Assembly (NCBI GenBank): GCA_964576795.1
Contig: CAZNWT010000004.1
Coordinates: 35,707-99,706 of the forward strand
DNA length: 64,000 nt
Direction of reading: 5' to 3'
Source of the DNA: an uncultured Victivallales bacterium
GTDB lineage: Bacteria > Verrucomicrobiota > Kiritimatiellia > UBA8416
Part shown: in pieces, positions 18,343 to 28,496 of the stretch
Numbering within the stretch: the first letter of the stretch is position 1
Layout of the letters: the number at the start of each line of letters is the position of its first letter
Position numbers and translations under genes: made by a program
The notes under the pieces: generated by a model
Databases searched by the model: none
The model's input: the letters and a program-made list of their open reading frames with translations, nothing else
What the model was told of the DNA's origin: nothing

Positions 18343-19548
18343 ATGAGTGCTTACGAAATGGCGTCAAAAGAACATCGCCGTATGGTGGATGCGTTGCTTG
18401 CAGATACGAAGGAAAATGATGGCCTTGCTCCTGTTGATATTGATCGGTTTTGGGCGGATCAGAAAATTGCTAAGCGCGATCCCTTTGGTGCAAATATTCC
18501 GCAAGTCCCTTTGGGGGCGATCTGCACGTGGGAGTGCGTTTTCGATGAGCTGGAAGAACTACAGGACTGGCGGCGTTATCGTTTTGATGAGGAGTGGACG
18601 CTGGATTTGAAGCGGCGCTACAATGATTTATCAGAAAAGATTGTGGGGCGTCGTCTGCTGAATGAGACTCCCGCTGATCCCCAGCGAGTTTGGCCTGAGG
18701 TGAAAGGGTTGCATGACATATTTGAAGCTGAGAATGTGTGGGAGGGAGGATCAACGGGATCATGGTGGCTGCATCAGGCTGCGAACACTCCGGAGGAATT
18801 GACAGCGCTCTTGGATCGTGTTGAAAAGCGGTTGGAGAATCTTCGTGAGTTTATGCTGCCAGAAACTTGGGATAGTGAAAAACGTCGTCTTGTGGATTTA
18901 GGGTGTAAGGTGCCCCTCTATCGTGGACAGCGTGGCCCCTGTACGTTTGCAACATCAATCTTTGGTGCTGAGAATCTACTGCTTCTTTTCTTTGATGATC
19001 CCGATTTGTTTATGCGTTTTGGAGATGTGATTGGGCGTGCGATTTTGGCACGCGCCAAGGTGCTTGATGAGGAGGGCGGATTTACCGCAGACAAAGCGCC
19101 GCGTGGATGGTCGTGGGCTGATGACAACAGTTGTCTGTTCAATGTTGAGATGTATGAGGCGTTTGCGATGCCCGTCCACCGTGCCGTTTTTGCACGTTAC
19201 GCTCCTGATGCGAAAGATTGGCGCTATCAGCATAGTGACTCAAACATGGCGCATTTGCTTCCACAGTTAGGGTCTCTGAACCTGAGTGGGACCAACTTTG
19301 GCCCCACTTTGACGGTGTCTGAGATTCGTGAGCATTGTCCTAATGCCGTGATTGATGGACAGCTAGCACCTTTTACCTATAGCCGTAATGAGGAAGCCAA
19401 TATGGTGGCAGAGTTCCTGCGCGACTTTGATCAGGCTAAAGAGAAGCGGGGTTTGAACTTTACGACCGCGGGTTCGATCAATAATGGGACACGCTTGATG
19501 GGGATGCGCCTGCTAATGGCGGCCATTCAGCGCTATGGGCGCTATTAA
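18343..19548 (+). CDS. hypothetical protein (~400 aa, soluble)
   Basis: Long ORF with ATG at 18343 (MSAYEMASKEH...). The track start at 18328 is non-ATG. No motif I can name with confidence. Confidence 0.6.
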   Translation: MSAYEMASKEHRRMVDALLADTKENDGLAPVDIDRFWADQKIAKRDPFGANIPQVPLGAICTWECVFDELEELQDWRRYRFDEEWTLDLKRRYNDLSEKIVGRRLLNETPADPQRVWPEVKGLHDIFEAENVWEGGSTGSWWLHQAANTPEELTALLDRVEKRLENLREFMLPETWDSEKRRLVDLGCKVPLYRGQRGPCTFATSIFGAENLLLLFFDDPDLFMRFGDVIGRAILARAKVLDEEGGFTADKAPRGWSWADDNSCLFNVEMYEAFAMPVHRAVFARYAPDAKDWRYQHSDSNMAHLLPQLGSLNLSGTNFGPTLTVSEIREHCPNAVIDGQLAPFTYSRNEEANMVAEFLRDFDQAKEKRGLNFTTAGSINNGTRLMGMRLLMAAIQRYGRY

Positions 19549-19826
19549 GATTTGTGATGAGTGATTTGGCTATAAACACGCCCAAGACCACTGACATGAG
19601 CCCGCGTGTTGATTAAAGAATGATTGCAAACACAGGGCCCACGAGCCTTATGCAGGTGAAGAGCGTTAGCATTGAAGTCAGCCAAAGTGCTGCAAATGGA
19701 AGCGATAGTTTCCAATCGGTGAAGAGCGCTTTCGGTCTCATGCCAAGCGTGATGGTGGCGGATAGCACCCCGAGTATAACGTATGCCATGAGTGCGCCCC
19801 AGACGGCGGCTTATAGCGTTGAAAAC

Positions 19827-22800
19827 TCACTTTCGATTTTCCCAGCGGCGGCGATTGTTGTCCGGTTCCCCATTTTTGAGTGGGGCTTGTCTGGCCTTGA
19901 CGAATACTGTGTTTTCGCCCAGTTCGTGTTCCAGTTCGTGTATGAGGCTGATGTCCGGAAGTACGTTAAAAGCATTATCCGTATTGATCATGACTTTTTC
20001 CCCTGAGGGAAATACCAAGCAGATGACGACGGGGATGGAGCCGGGGTGCAAGCGAAGAATGCATTTTACATTTGCAAGCGTTGCATCGAGTTGCGTGCAT
20101 GAGATGTGGAGGCTGACGCATTCGGAGAAATGCTTTGGTGCATCTTCGAGGAGGACTATTTCGTGCGCAATGAAGCTGGGGACTTCCCCTTTTTTGGAGA
20201 CTTCGCCGCCAATTAAAAGGGGGACGTCATTATTCAGAATGGCAGCATACTTTCGGAAGGTGTCGGGCCATACCAGCACTTCGATTGAGTTCTCCAGATC
20301 TTCGAACTGAACAATCGCCATCATCTCTTTCTTTTTGGTTGCCTTCTTCGTCACGATGGATGCAAGCCCACCGACGCGGGAGAGTGCATGATCTTCAAGG
20401 TCAGGGATCCCCGCAATTGTTGTTAAACAATACTGCTTAAGTATGAACTCATATTGGGTCAGTGGGTGCCCACTCATATAGATACCCAAAAGCTCACGTT
20501 CAGCAGCCAACTGCTCGTTCTCATGCCAGGGTTCACATTCTGGAAGATCTCCTTCAGTGGCTGCGCTGACGTCTTCGTCGCTGGCCATCAGGTCAAATAG
20601 GTTTCCCTGCCCGGACTCATGATCCCGTTGTGCTTCTGCCGCACGGGCCATGGCGAATTCGATACCATTAAAAATTTTTGCGCGGTGTTGTTTGGCGTCA
20701 TCCAAGGCCCCGCATCGCGCGAGGCTTTCCATGGATTTCTTGTTTACGTCCTGGGTGTCTACGCGCGAGCAGAAATCCATCAGAGAGGTAAAGGGACCGT
20801 TTGCTTCTCGTTCTGCGATAATTGCCTTTGCGGCCCCTTCTCCCACGTTTTTGATGCCTGCCAGTCCATAGCGGAGTCCTTCCCCTTCGGGTTTGAATCT
20901 GCATCCGCTGTGATTGACATCGGGTGGCAAGATCTTGAGGCTCATCTCTTCAGCTTCGCGGATAAATACTGGCATTTTATCGAAATTTCCGATTTCAGAT
21001 GAGATCAGCGCTGCCATGAACTCGGCGGGATAGTTGGCCTTTAGATAGGCGGTCTGATAGCAGACAATTGCATAGCCAGCGCTGTGAGCTTTGTTGAATC
21101 CGTAGCCGGCAAATTTGGCAATATTATCAAAGATACGTCCCGCAAGGTCAGCATTGATCGCGTTTGTGTCCTTGCAGCCTTTGATGAACTTTGCCCGCTG
21201 CTGGTCCATCACTTCGGCCTTTTTCTTGCCCATGGCCCGCCGCAGAATGTCTGCTTCTCCGAGTGAGTAGCCTGCCAGCACATTCGCTGCCTTCTGGACC
21301 TGTTCCTGATAGACCATGACGCCGTAGGTGTCTCTGAGAATAGGTTCAAGAAGGGGATGGTCATTCTTGATTTCGGATTCACCACACTTGCGGGCAATAT
21401 AGTCTGGAAGCATATTCATGGGGCCGGGACGATAGAGGGCAATGACCGCGATGATTTCCTCAATGTTATTGATGCCGATCCGACGGATGAGATCTCGCAT
21501 GCCGCCACTTTCTAATTGGAAGACGCCAACGGTGTCTGCCCGACTCAAAAGCGCGTAAGTTTTGACATCGTCAACGGGAAGTGTTGCCAGATCAATTTTG
21601 ATCCCATGCCCTTCGGCCACCAGATCGACTGTTTCCTGAATAACAGTGAGGGTTTTGAGTCCAAGAAAGTCCATTTTCAGGAGTCCAATTTCCTCGACCG
21701 GTTCTTTTGCGAACTGCGTGACGGGCTGTTTGTTTTTATCTCTTCCTAGTGGGATAATGTTAATCAATGGCTCCTCGCCAATCACCACGCCGGCGGCATG
21801 GGTTCCCGGGTTGCGATAGAGACCCTCAAGCACCGTGGCGTGCTTCATGATAGCCATGAGATCTTCATCTTGCTCTGAGGCCTTCTTGAAATCCGGACTC
21901 ATCTCAAGTGCAAGTTTCAGCTTCATCTTTGGATCATCCGGAATCATCTTGGTAAACTCGTTACACTTGCTGAACGGAATCTCGAGTACGCGACCGACGT
22001 CGCGAACGACTGTTTTCGCACCAAGGGAACCAAATGTAATGATCTGGGCAACATGATCTGAGCCATACTTTTCTTTTACGTACTGAATCACCTCTTCGCG
22101 CCGGGCTTGGCAGAAGTCGATGTCGAAGTCCGGGGGAGATACACGCTCCGGGTTCAAGAAACGTTCAAAGATGAGGCTATATTTGAGTGGATCAATGCTA
22201 ATGATACCAAGGGAGTAGGCGATGATACTGCCCCCCCCAGATCCGCGTCCCGGTCCCACCGGGATGTTATGATCCAAGGCGTAGCGGATGAAGTCCCAGA
22301 CGACGAGAAAGTAGTTGATGAATCCCGTTTTCTCGATCACTCCGAGTTCCATGTTGAAGCGATCCATCACCTCTTTTTCGGTTGCATCGCGAGGGTGTTC
22401 AGGATTCTGGATGTTGTATAGCTTTTTGAGTCCTTCGTGTCCGAGTTGGATGAGATAGCTTTTTTGGGTCATGCCTTTTGAAACGGTGTAGGTAGGGAAG
22501 TGCAGCTTTCCAAATTCCATTTCAACGTTACAGCGATCGGCAATGTCGGCAGTGATGTCCACGGCACCTGGAAATTCGCCGAAGAGTTTGTCCATTTCAG
22601 CGCGGGTTCTGAGGTAGAACTGGTCGGTGCTGTAGCGCATCCGTTTGGGGTCACTTATGACGGTGCCGGTTTGCATGCAAAGCATGATTTCGTGTGCCGC
22701 CGCGTGCTCGCGTTTCAAGTAGTGGACGTCATTGGTTGCCACAATGGGGAGGTTGGTCTTACGGCTGAGTTCCAGCATATACTTGTTAGCCCGCCGCTGT

Positions 22801-23357
22801 TCTGGGATGCCGTGGTCCATGACTTCAATGAAGAAATTGTCTTTTCCGAAGATGTCAGAATATTCCCCTGCGGCTTGAATCGCTCCGGGGACATCATCGT
22901 TGGCCAGGTGTGAAGTCACCTCGCCCTTAAGGCAGGCGGAAAGACCGATGAGTCCCTTCGCATGTTCTGCAAGGAGTTCCTTGTCAATCCGGGGTTTGTA
23001 ATAGAACCCTTCCAGATGGGCTTTGGAGATTAGATAACTGAGGTTCTTGTAGCCCTCGTTATCCTTTGCCAACAACACCAAGTGGTGCGTATTCTGGCGT
23101 TGGCCCTCGACATTTCGATCATGGTGGCTCCCCAGTGTGATATAGGACTCGCACCCGATAATGGGTTTTATTCCTTTTGCGAGGGCTGCTTTGTAGAACT
23201 CCACTGTGCCATACATGACGCCATGATCAGTCATGGCGACTGCTGGCATTCCTAATTCGGCGACATTGTCGATGAGCTCGCTAATACGGCAGGCGCCGTC
23301 GAGCAAACTGTATGCCGTGTGAAGATGAAGATGAACGAATGGCCGCATAGTGTCCAA
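19827..23357 (-). CDS. dnaE: DNA polymerase III alpha subunit
   Basis: 1176 aa. N-terminal PHP domain (HLHLHTAYSLLDGA), polymerase core, OB-fold. Confidence 0.95.
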   Translation of the reverse strand: MDTMRPFVHLHLHTAYSLLDGACRISELIDNVAELGMPAVAMTDHGVMYGTVEFYKAALAKGIKPIIGCESYITLGSHHDRNVEGQRQNTHHLVLLAKDNEGYKNLSYLISKAHLEGFYYKPRIDKELLAEHAKGLIGLSACLKGEVTSHLANDDVPGAIQAAGEYSDIFGKDNFFIEVMDHGIPEQRRANKYMLELSRKTNLPIVATNDVHYLKREHAAAHEIMLCMQTGTVISDPKRMRYSTDQFYLRTRAEMDKLFGEFPGAVDITADIADRCNVEMEFGKLHFPTYTVSKGMTQKSYLIQLGHEGLKKLYNIQNPEHPRDATEKEVMDRFNMELGVIEKTGFINYFLVVWDFIRYALDHNIPVGPGRGSGGGSIIAYSLGIISIDPLKYSLIFERFLNPERVSPPDFDIDFCQARREEVIQYVKEKYGSDHVAQIITFGSLGAKTVVRDVGRVLEIPFSKCNEFTKMIPDDPKMKLKLALEMSPDFKKASEQDEDLMAIMKHATVLEGLYRNPGTHAAGVVIGEEPLINIIPLGRDKNKQPVTQFAKEPVEEIGLLKMDFLGLKTLTVIQETVDLVAEGHGIKIDLATLPVDDVKTYALLSRADTVGVFQLESGGMRDLIRRIGINNIEEIIAVIALYRPGPMNMLPDYIARKCGESEIKNDHPLLEPILRDTYGVMVYQEQVQKAANVLAGYSLGEADILRRAMGKKKAEVMDQQRAKFIKGCKDTNAINADLAGRIFDNIAKFAGYGFNKAHSAGYAIVCYQTAYLKANYPAEFMAALISSEIGNFDKMPVFIREAEEMSLKILPPDVNHSGCRFKPEGEGLRYGLAGIKNVGEGAAKAIIAEREANGPFTSLMDFCSRVDTQDVNKKSMESLARCGALDDAKQHRAKIFNGIEFAMARAAEAQRDHESGQGNLFDLMASDEDVSAATEGDLPECEPWHENEQLAAERELLGIYMSGHPLTQYEFILKQYCLTTIAGIPDLEDHALSRVGGLASIVTKKATKKKEMMAIVQFEDLENSIEVLVWPDTFRKYAAILNNDVPLLIGGEVSKKGEVPSFIAHEIVLLEDAPKHFSECVSLHISCTQLDATLANVKCILRLHPGSIPVVICLVFPSGEKVMINTDNAFNVLPDISLIHELEHELGENTVFVKARQAPLKNGEPDNNRRRWENRK

Positions 23358-23910
23358 AATGGTAGGAGTGTGTGGGTGGGGATAAAAGCCTTATCTGCAA
23401 TTTGCTGATAGGGAGGGGGTTAGCGATGCTATTGAATCTCACTATCGGATGAAGTACGGAGTAAGATCAGAATGGGGAGTCCCTCACGTATGTAAGCACC
23501 CACCTGATGGAGCATGTCAACGACTTGTCCGGTGAAGGGCGTTCGGACAGCTGTTGCTTGATGGGCGGACCCCCTGGGGCAGGGGCTGGCGCTGCTGACA
23601 ACTGAGGGCGGCGCGGCACGTTCGACAGCACGTTCGCGGTTGACGAGGCAATCGCCGGACCGTTTAGGGATACGACCACCATCGACGACATCCTTGCCTT
23701 TCGGCAAAGCTTTGATCCGTTGTAGACATAGAATACGTTGGATGGTAAACGTTATCGCAGTGAAGGGGTTGGGCAGACGCCGTTTTGTGGAGATTGTTTT
23801 TTAATTCACCCATGAGGTTAACTCATGGGGGCTCTGCTGGATTACCGATACAGTGAGTTTATGGGGGGGGGTGGCTGGTATTCCAGTTTTCTTAAGCAGG
23901 GGAGGGTCCA

Positions 23911-24504
23911 TTGGCAAAAGATGAGATGACAGTTTCGACAAGGATTTCCACATCTTTGGATGCGAGTATAGAAGCCATTGAGAGTTTACGAGCACGGTCC
24001 GCCGCGATTGAATCTGCTTGTGAAGTGGTGGTCGATGCGTTGCAGGCGGGTAACAAAATTTTGACGGCGGGCAATGGTGGTAGTGCCGCCGAATCTCTAC
24101 ACATGGCAGAGGAATGTGTTGGTCGATTTCGAGGGAATCGCAGATCGCTTCCGGCCGTGTCGCTGGTTGCCGATTGTACAGCTCTCACCTGCATTGGAAA
24201 CGACTTTGGTTTTGATTCTATTTTTAGTCGGCAGATTGAAGGTTTAGGGCAACCGGGCGATGTCCTCATTCTCTTCAGTTCCAGTGGACGTGCCGTTAAC
24301 CTGACTCTGGCACTAGAAGCGGCCAAAGCGAGAGGAATGAAGACCGTAGCATTGCTTGGTCGTGATGGCGGATCTCTTGCTGGATGTGCGGACGTTGAGA
24401 TTGTCGTGCCGGGAGCGGCAACCGAGCGGATTCAGGAGGCACACCAAGTGCTTTTGCATCTCATATTAAATGAAGTTGAACATGCGTTTCCAGTAGGAGA
24501 ATAA
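23911..24504 (+). CDS. gmhA: SIS-domain phosphoheptose isomerase
   Basis: 197 aa. GNGGSAAES motif, SIS fold. Confidence 0.75.
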   Translation: MAKDEMTVSTRISTSLDASIEAIESLRARSAAIESACEVVVDALQAGNKILTAGNGGSAAESLHMAEECVGRFRGNRRSLPAVSLVADCTALTCIGNDFGFDSIFSRQIEGLGQPGDVLILFSSSGRAVNLTLALEAAKARGMKTVALLGRDGGSLAGCADVEIVVPGAATERIQEAHQVLLHLILNEVEHAFPVGE

Positions 24505-24506
24505 CG

Positions 24507-25331
24507 GTGGCATTTCTGAAATACAGCGTGACGCGTGTTGGTTCATTTTTTGGAGATGTGATGAGGGTGGGGGTTGCATTCTTTCTTTTTTCGCTGCCTG
24601 CAATAGGGCAGGTTCGAGTTGGCCTTCAGGTTGAGCATCGTGTGGTGATGGAGGGCGAACCCATGGTCGCAACGATTATGCTTCAAAATGACTCTGAGAC
24701 ACCTTTGGTATTCAACAAAATCTATCACAATGCAACGCTTGAGGTGAATATTCGCCGTGGACGCGTTTCCGGTGAGCCCATCTTTAAAACTTTAGATCGA
24801 AATTTTGTAGTCATGCCAGATGATAGTTCTAAAGAATTGGTGGAGTTGACGTCGCTGAGCAATATGCAACAGCCGGGATCCTATCAGGTCTGGGCTCAGG
24901 TGCGGTACGATGGGAATGTATATGCGTCTCGTCCACAAGCGTTTGATGTGGTTCATGGTATCGAGCTCGCCTCGCGACAACGTCATTTGCCGGGATATTC
25001 CGACATTCGCCTAACGTACAGTTTGCGCTACTGTGTTCGTTCTGGCTCGGAGTATGCCTTTCTTGTTGTGACGGACATGCAGCATAAGGTGTCTTATGGT
25101 ACATTTCGATTAGGAACCCTTGTTAGAGTTGGTGCTCCCGCAATGGACTTTGACGAATCGGGGCGGATGGTTGTTGCGCATCAATCGGGACGTCATAGAT
25201 TCACACGATCGGTGATTTCGGTTCATCGAGATGGGGCCGTGTTTGAAGATCAGACCCACCATTTTCCAGATGGAACTCCTACCACATCTGGTACAGGACA
25301 GTCCCCAGAGCAAGCCTCGAAAACGCCCTAA
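24507..25331 (+). CDS. secreted hypothetical protein
   Basis: 274 aa. N-terminal hydrophobic signal (VGVAFFLFSLPAIGQ). Possibly starts at internal Met 24564. No known domain. Confidence 0.55.
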   Translation: MAFLKYSVTRVGSFFGDVMRVGVAFFLFSLPAIGQVRVGLQVEHRVVMEGEPMVATIMLQNDSETPLVFNKIYHNATLEVNIRRGRVSGEPIFKTLDRNFVVMPDDSSKELVELTSLSNMQQPGSYQVWAQVRYDGNVYASRPQAFDVVHGIELASRQRHLPGYSDIRLTYSLRYCVRSGSEYAFLVVTDMQHKVSYGTFRLGTLVRVGAPAMDFDESGRMVVAHQSGRHRFTRSVISVHRDGAVFEDQTHHFPDGTPTTSGTGQSPEQASKTP

Positions 25332-25446
25332 GTGTTGAGAAAACGTTGTTGCACTTTATGCGTAAATTCCCTCTGGATTTACCAATGTTGACACATGCCT
25401 TCTCCCGTGGTAATTTTCCCGCCTTTCTAAATCAGAGGTAATCAAT

Positions 25447-26331
25447 ATGGCAGCAAAGAAAAAAGCCACACCAAAGGCTTCGAAGACGGCAAAGAAGACG
25501 GCAAAGAAGGCGACTGCCAAGAAGATGGCGGCTAAGACGGTAAAGCGTGTAGCCAAGAAGTCTGCCGCTAAAAAAGCACCTGTTGCTAGTAAAAAGGCTG
25601 CAACGATGACGGTCAAAAAATTGGCTGCGAAGACGCTTGTTTCCAAAAAAAAACGGGTAGTCAAAAAAGCTCCTAAAAAAGCATCTTCTGTGAAGCAAAA
25701 GGTTGTGGCGGATAAGGTTATACCAAAAAAGGCAACGAAGAAACCCGCTGTAACAAAGACGCCGGTTTCCAAGAAGGTTGCACCTAATAAAAAATCGACT
25801 TCTAAGAAGTCTGCTGCAACTCGAAAATCAATTTCAAAGTCTGCTCCTTCAATGGTTGATCTTGCTAAAGGGAATGCTGCACGTAAGGCCGCTTCAAGAG
25901 CCAAGATCGAGACGCGCAAAGCTCCGACATTGATCAAGAAGTCGACTGCGAAGCGGAAGAAAATTTCTAAAGCTCAGGCGAAAACCTACGAAGCAACGTT
26001 GCTGCGAATTCGGGATGAACTTAGCCGTCAAATCGCATATTTACGGGGCGCGTCTCTGACACGGTCTGATGAGGTGAATGCTGCAGAGGATGGCTCGGAT
26101 GCGTTTGAGCGCCAGTTGGCCTTGAAACTTGCTGCAAATGAGAATGATGCAGTTTTTGAAATTGATGAAGCCCTTGAGCGGATCAAAAATGGCAACTATG
26201 CCATTTGTGAAGATTGTGGTTGCATCATTAGTAAGGCTCGGCTCCAGGCACTTCCGTTTGCACGTCGCTGTGTTTCTTGCAAGCAGCTTTCGGAGAAGAA
26301 TGGTGGGTATCAGCAACGTCGATTTCTCTAA
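25447..26331 (+). CDS. histone-H1-like Lys/Ala-rich N-terminal region fused to DksA/TraR-family C4 zinc-finger domain
   Basis: First ~170 aa are AKK/KKA repeats. C-terminal ~110 aa has a DksA-like coiled coil and CEDCGC...17...CVSC zinc finger. Good RBS (AGAGGTAA). Confidence 0.7.
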   Translation: MAAKKKATPKASKTAKKTAKKATAKKMAAKTVKRVAKKSAAKKAPVASKKAATMTVKKLAAKTLVSKKKRVVKKAPKKASSVKQKVVADKVIPKKATKKPAVTKTPVSKKVAPNKKSTSKKSAATRKSISKSAPSMVDLAKGNAARKAASRAKIETRKAPTLIKKSTAKRKKISKAQAKTYEATLLRIRDELSRQIAYLRGASLTRSDEVNAAEDGSDAFERQLALKLAANENDAVFEIDEALERIKNGNYAICEDCGCIISKARLQALPFARRCVSCKQLSEKNGGYQQRRFL

Positions 26332-26334
26332 ATC

Positions 26335-26811
26335 ATGTTGTCGCTGTGCATAGCTGTAGCTATTACGTTTTTAGATCAGTTTACGAAGAGCTTGGTCATA
26401 CAGTATTTCTTTCTGCATGAGTCATTGCCGATTGTGCCGGGGTTTTTTGATCTGCGACATATTCACAATACAGGTGCGGCGTGGGGCATGTTTGCCGGGG
26501 GGTATCTTTGGCTTGCACTTCTATCGGTAATCATGCTGGGAGTGATCGTTGTCTTTCGAAAATCCTTCTTGTCCAAATCCATCCTTGATCGCATCTGTCT
26601 TGGGTTTATTGTGGGTGGTATTGTTGGCAATCTGATTGACCGTGTGCGTCTTCAGTATGTGGTCGATTTTCTTGATTTCTATTGTGGGTCACACCACTTT
26701 CCCGCCTTTAATGTCGCGGATTCGGCGATTTGTGTTGGCGTTGGACTCTATATCATCTCACAGATTCTCACTGCGCGAAAGAGTGCCACATCCGTGGAGG
26801 ATCAAGGGTGA
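26335..26811 (+). CDS. lspA: lipoprotein signal peptidase II
   Basis: 158 aa, four TM helices, NTGAAWG motif. Confidence 0.85.
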   Translation: MLSLCIAVAITFLDQFTKSLVIQYFFLHESLPIVPGFFDLRHIHNTGAAWGMFAGGYLWLALLSVIMLGVIVVFRKSFLSKSILDRICLGFIVGGIVGNLIDRVRLQYVVDFLDFYCGSHHFPAFNVADSAICVGVGLYIISQILTARKSATSVEDQG

Positions 26812-27740
26812 GTCATGCTGCCCATTTTCTCGTGGGGCCAACTGCTGTCGGCAAAACTGCAGTGGCGCAGTGTTTGGCCGAGCAGTGTGGGGTTCCTATT
26901 CTCTCAGCCGACTCCATGCTTGTCTATCGCGGTATGGATATTGGTACAGCAAAACCTACTGCAGAGGAACGCGGGAGTGTCACCTATTTTGGTGTGGACA
27001 TGGTGAGTCCCGATGTTAGCTTTAGCGTATGGGACTTCCGTTGTCACGCGCTAGATGTACTCCATTCTGCACCTCCGGAAGGGTGTGTGATCATTACCGG
27101 CGGCACGGGATTATACATCAAAAGCCTGACGCATGGGTTGATTTATCGCTCAGGAGAGAATGCGTCATTGCGGGAAAAATGGGAGATTCGGTTACGAGAA
27201 GAGCGCATCGAAGCGCTTCAGCGTGCACTGCGTGAAGCCGCTCCTGATGCGTATGAATCCCTGGTGGATAAGCAGAATCCACGGCGGTTGATTCGCGTTC
27301 TTGAGACGCTGAATTCCCCTCGGGGTTCCACCACGTGGAAGGATCAGCAAGGGGATTCTCCCCTTGTGGGGCTTTGGATGGAACCGGATCTGTTGAATGT
27401 ACGGATTGAACAACGCGTCAGTGATATGTATGCTCAAGGCCTGATCGCTGAGGTAGAGCAGCTACTGGTGAACCCTAAGCCGCCGTCGAAAACAGCGCTT
27501 CAGGCGATAGGATATGCTGAGGCCATAGAGCTTATTGCGGGAAATGTGACGCAAGCTCAGGCCATAGAGCGAACGGTTGTGCGCACCCGTCAACTGGCAA
27601 AGCGGCAGCGAACTTGGTTTCGCAATCAAGCCCATGTAGAGTGGGTGAACGTTACGCAGGAGTCGACGGTTACGTCGCTTGCGGAGCAAGTGGATGCATT
27701 GTGGAGAAAGTATGGACCAACATCCATCAATGAAGGCTAA
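26808..27740 (+). CDS. miaA: tRNA dimethylallyltransferase
   Basis: P-loop GPTAVGKT near the N-terminus. Start chosen as GTG overlapping the lspA stop (GTGA). The track's upstream extension (MCWRW...) lies inside lspA. Confidence 0.85.
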   Translation: MSHAAHFLVGPTAVGKTAVAQCLAEQCGVPILSADSMLVYRGMDIGTAKPTAEERGSVTYFGVDMVSPDVSFSVWDFRCHALDVLHSAPPEGCVIITGGTGLYIKSLTHGLIYRSGENASLREKWEIRLREERIEALQRALREAAPDAYESLVDKQNPRRLIRVLETLNSPRGSTTWKDQQGDSPLVGLWMEPDLLNVRIEQRVSDMYAQGLIAEVEQLLVNPKPPSKTALQAIGYAEAIELIAGNVTQAQAIERTVVRTRQLAKRQRTWFRNQAHVEWVNVTQESTVTSLAEQVDALWRKYGPTSINEG

Positions 27741-27807
27741 GCGAGTTGAGGGGGCTCTTGCCGACACGACTTATGTGATTCCGGCAAGCGGCTGGACCGT
27801 ACATGAT

Positions 27808-28494
27808 ATGCCTGAGCGTATCCGTCCCCGGGAAGAAGTTCAACGGGTTGGCATTGAAAATGTTGCAGATGATGTGCTTTTGGCAATTCTGCTTCGGATG
27901 GGTGTAAAAGGGTTGAATGTGGTCGACTTGGCACGTGGCCTGATGAAGCGGTACGGAACGTTGAGCAATCTGGCGTCGACCTCTGTTGAGGAGCTTTCCC
28001 AGATTCATGGAATTGGCCCCACAAAGGCGCAGATTCTGAAAGCGGCTTTGGAAATTGGCAGCCGGCTGAATGCAGAACGGGCGCCAAAGTCACAAAAGAT
28101 TCGAACGCCTTCGGATGTATTGCAAGTTTTGGCTGATCGTGTGCGCTCATTAGATCGCGAGATTTTCTGGGCCTTGCTGCTGAACGTGAAAAATGAGTTG
28201 AAGTGCCAGCCCGTGGATGTGAGCGCGGGACTGTTGGATGCAAGTTTGGTGCATCCGCGAGAGGTATTCTGCGAAGCGATTCGTTCCGCGTCGGCTGCGG
28301 TTGTGTTAGCGCATAATCATCCTTCAGGAGATCCAACGCCATCTGCTGAGGATATTCGGATTACAAAACAGCTTGTGGCGGCCGGAAGCATTGTTGATAT
28401 TAAGGTTTTGGATCATGTGATTATTGGGAAGCGTGACGACAGTGGGCATGGGGGATATGTCAGCATGCGCGAAGACGGGTTAGTTGTTTTTTAG
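27808..28494 (+). CDS. radC: RadC-family JAB/MPN domain protein
   Basis: HNHPSGDPTPS JAMM motif, N-terminal LLAILL HhH region. In-frame upstream starts exist at 27679 and 27713. Confidence 0.8.
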   Translation: MPERIRPREEVQRVGIENVADDVLLAILLRMGVKGLNVVDLARGLMKRYGTLSNLASTSVEELSQIHGIGPTKAQILKAALEIGSRLNAERAPKSQKIRTPSDVLQVLADRVRSLDREIFWALLLNVKNELKCQPVDVSAGLLDASLVHPREVFCEAIRSASAAVVLAHNHPSGDPTPSAEDIRITKQLVAAGSIVDIKVLDHVIIGKRDDSGHGGYVSMREDGLVVF

Positions 28495-28496
28495 GA

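Noticed and set aside
23358-23910. Possible gene or ncRNA in the 550-bp dnaE/gmhA divergent region (ORF 23429..23707, hairpin cccatgag-gttaa-ctcatggg at 23800..23822)
   Set aside because: The ORF is Arg/Pro/Ser-rich without RBS or motif. The hairpin has an A-run on one side and a U-run on the wrong side for a terminator. Left as promoter space.
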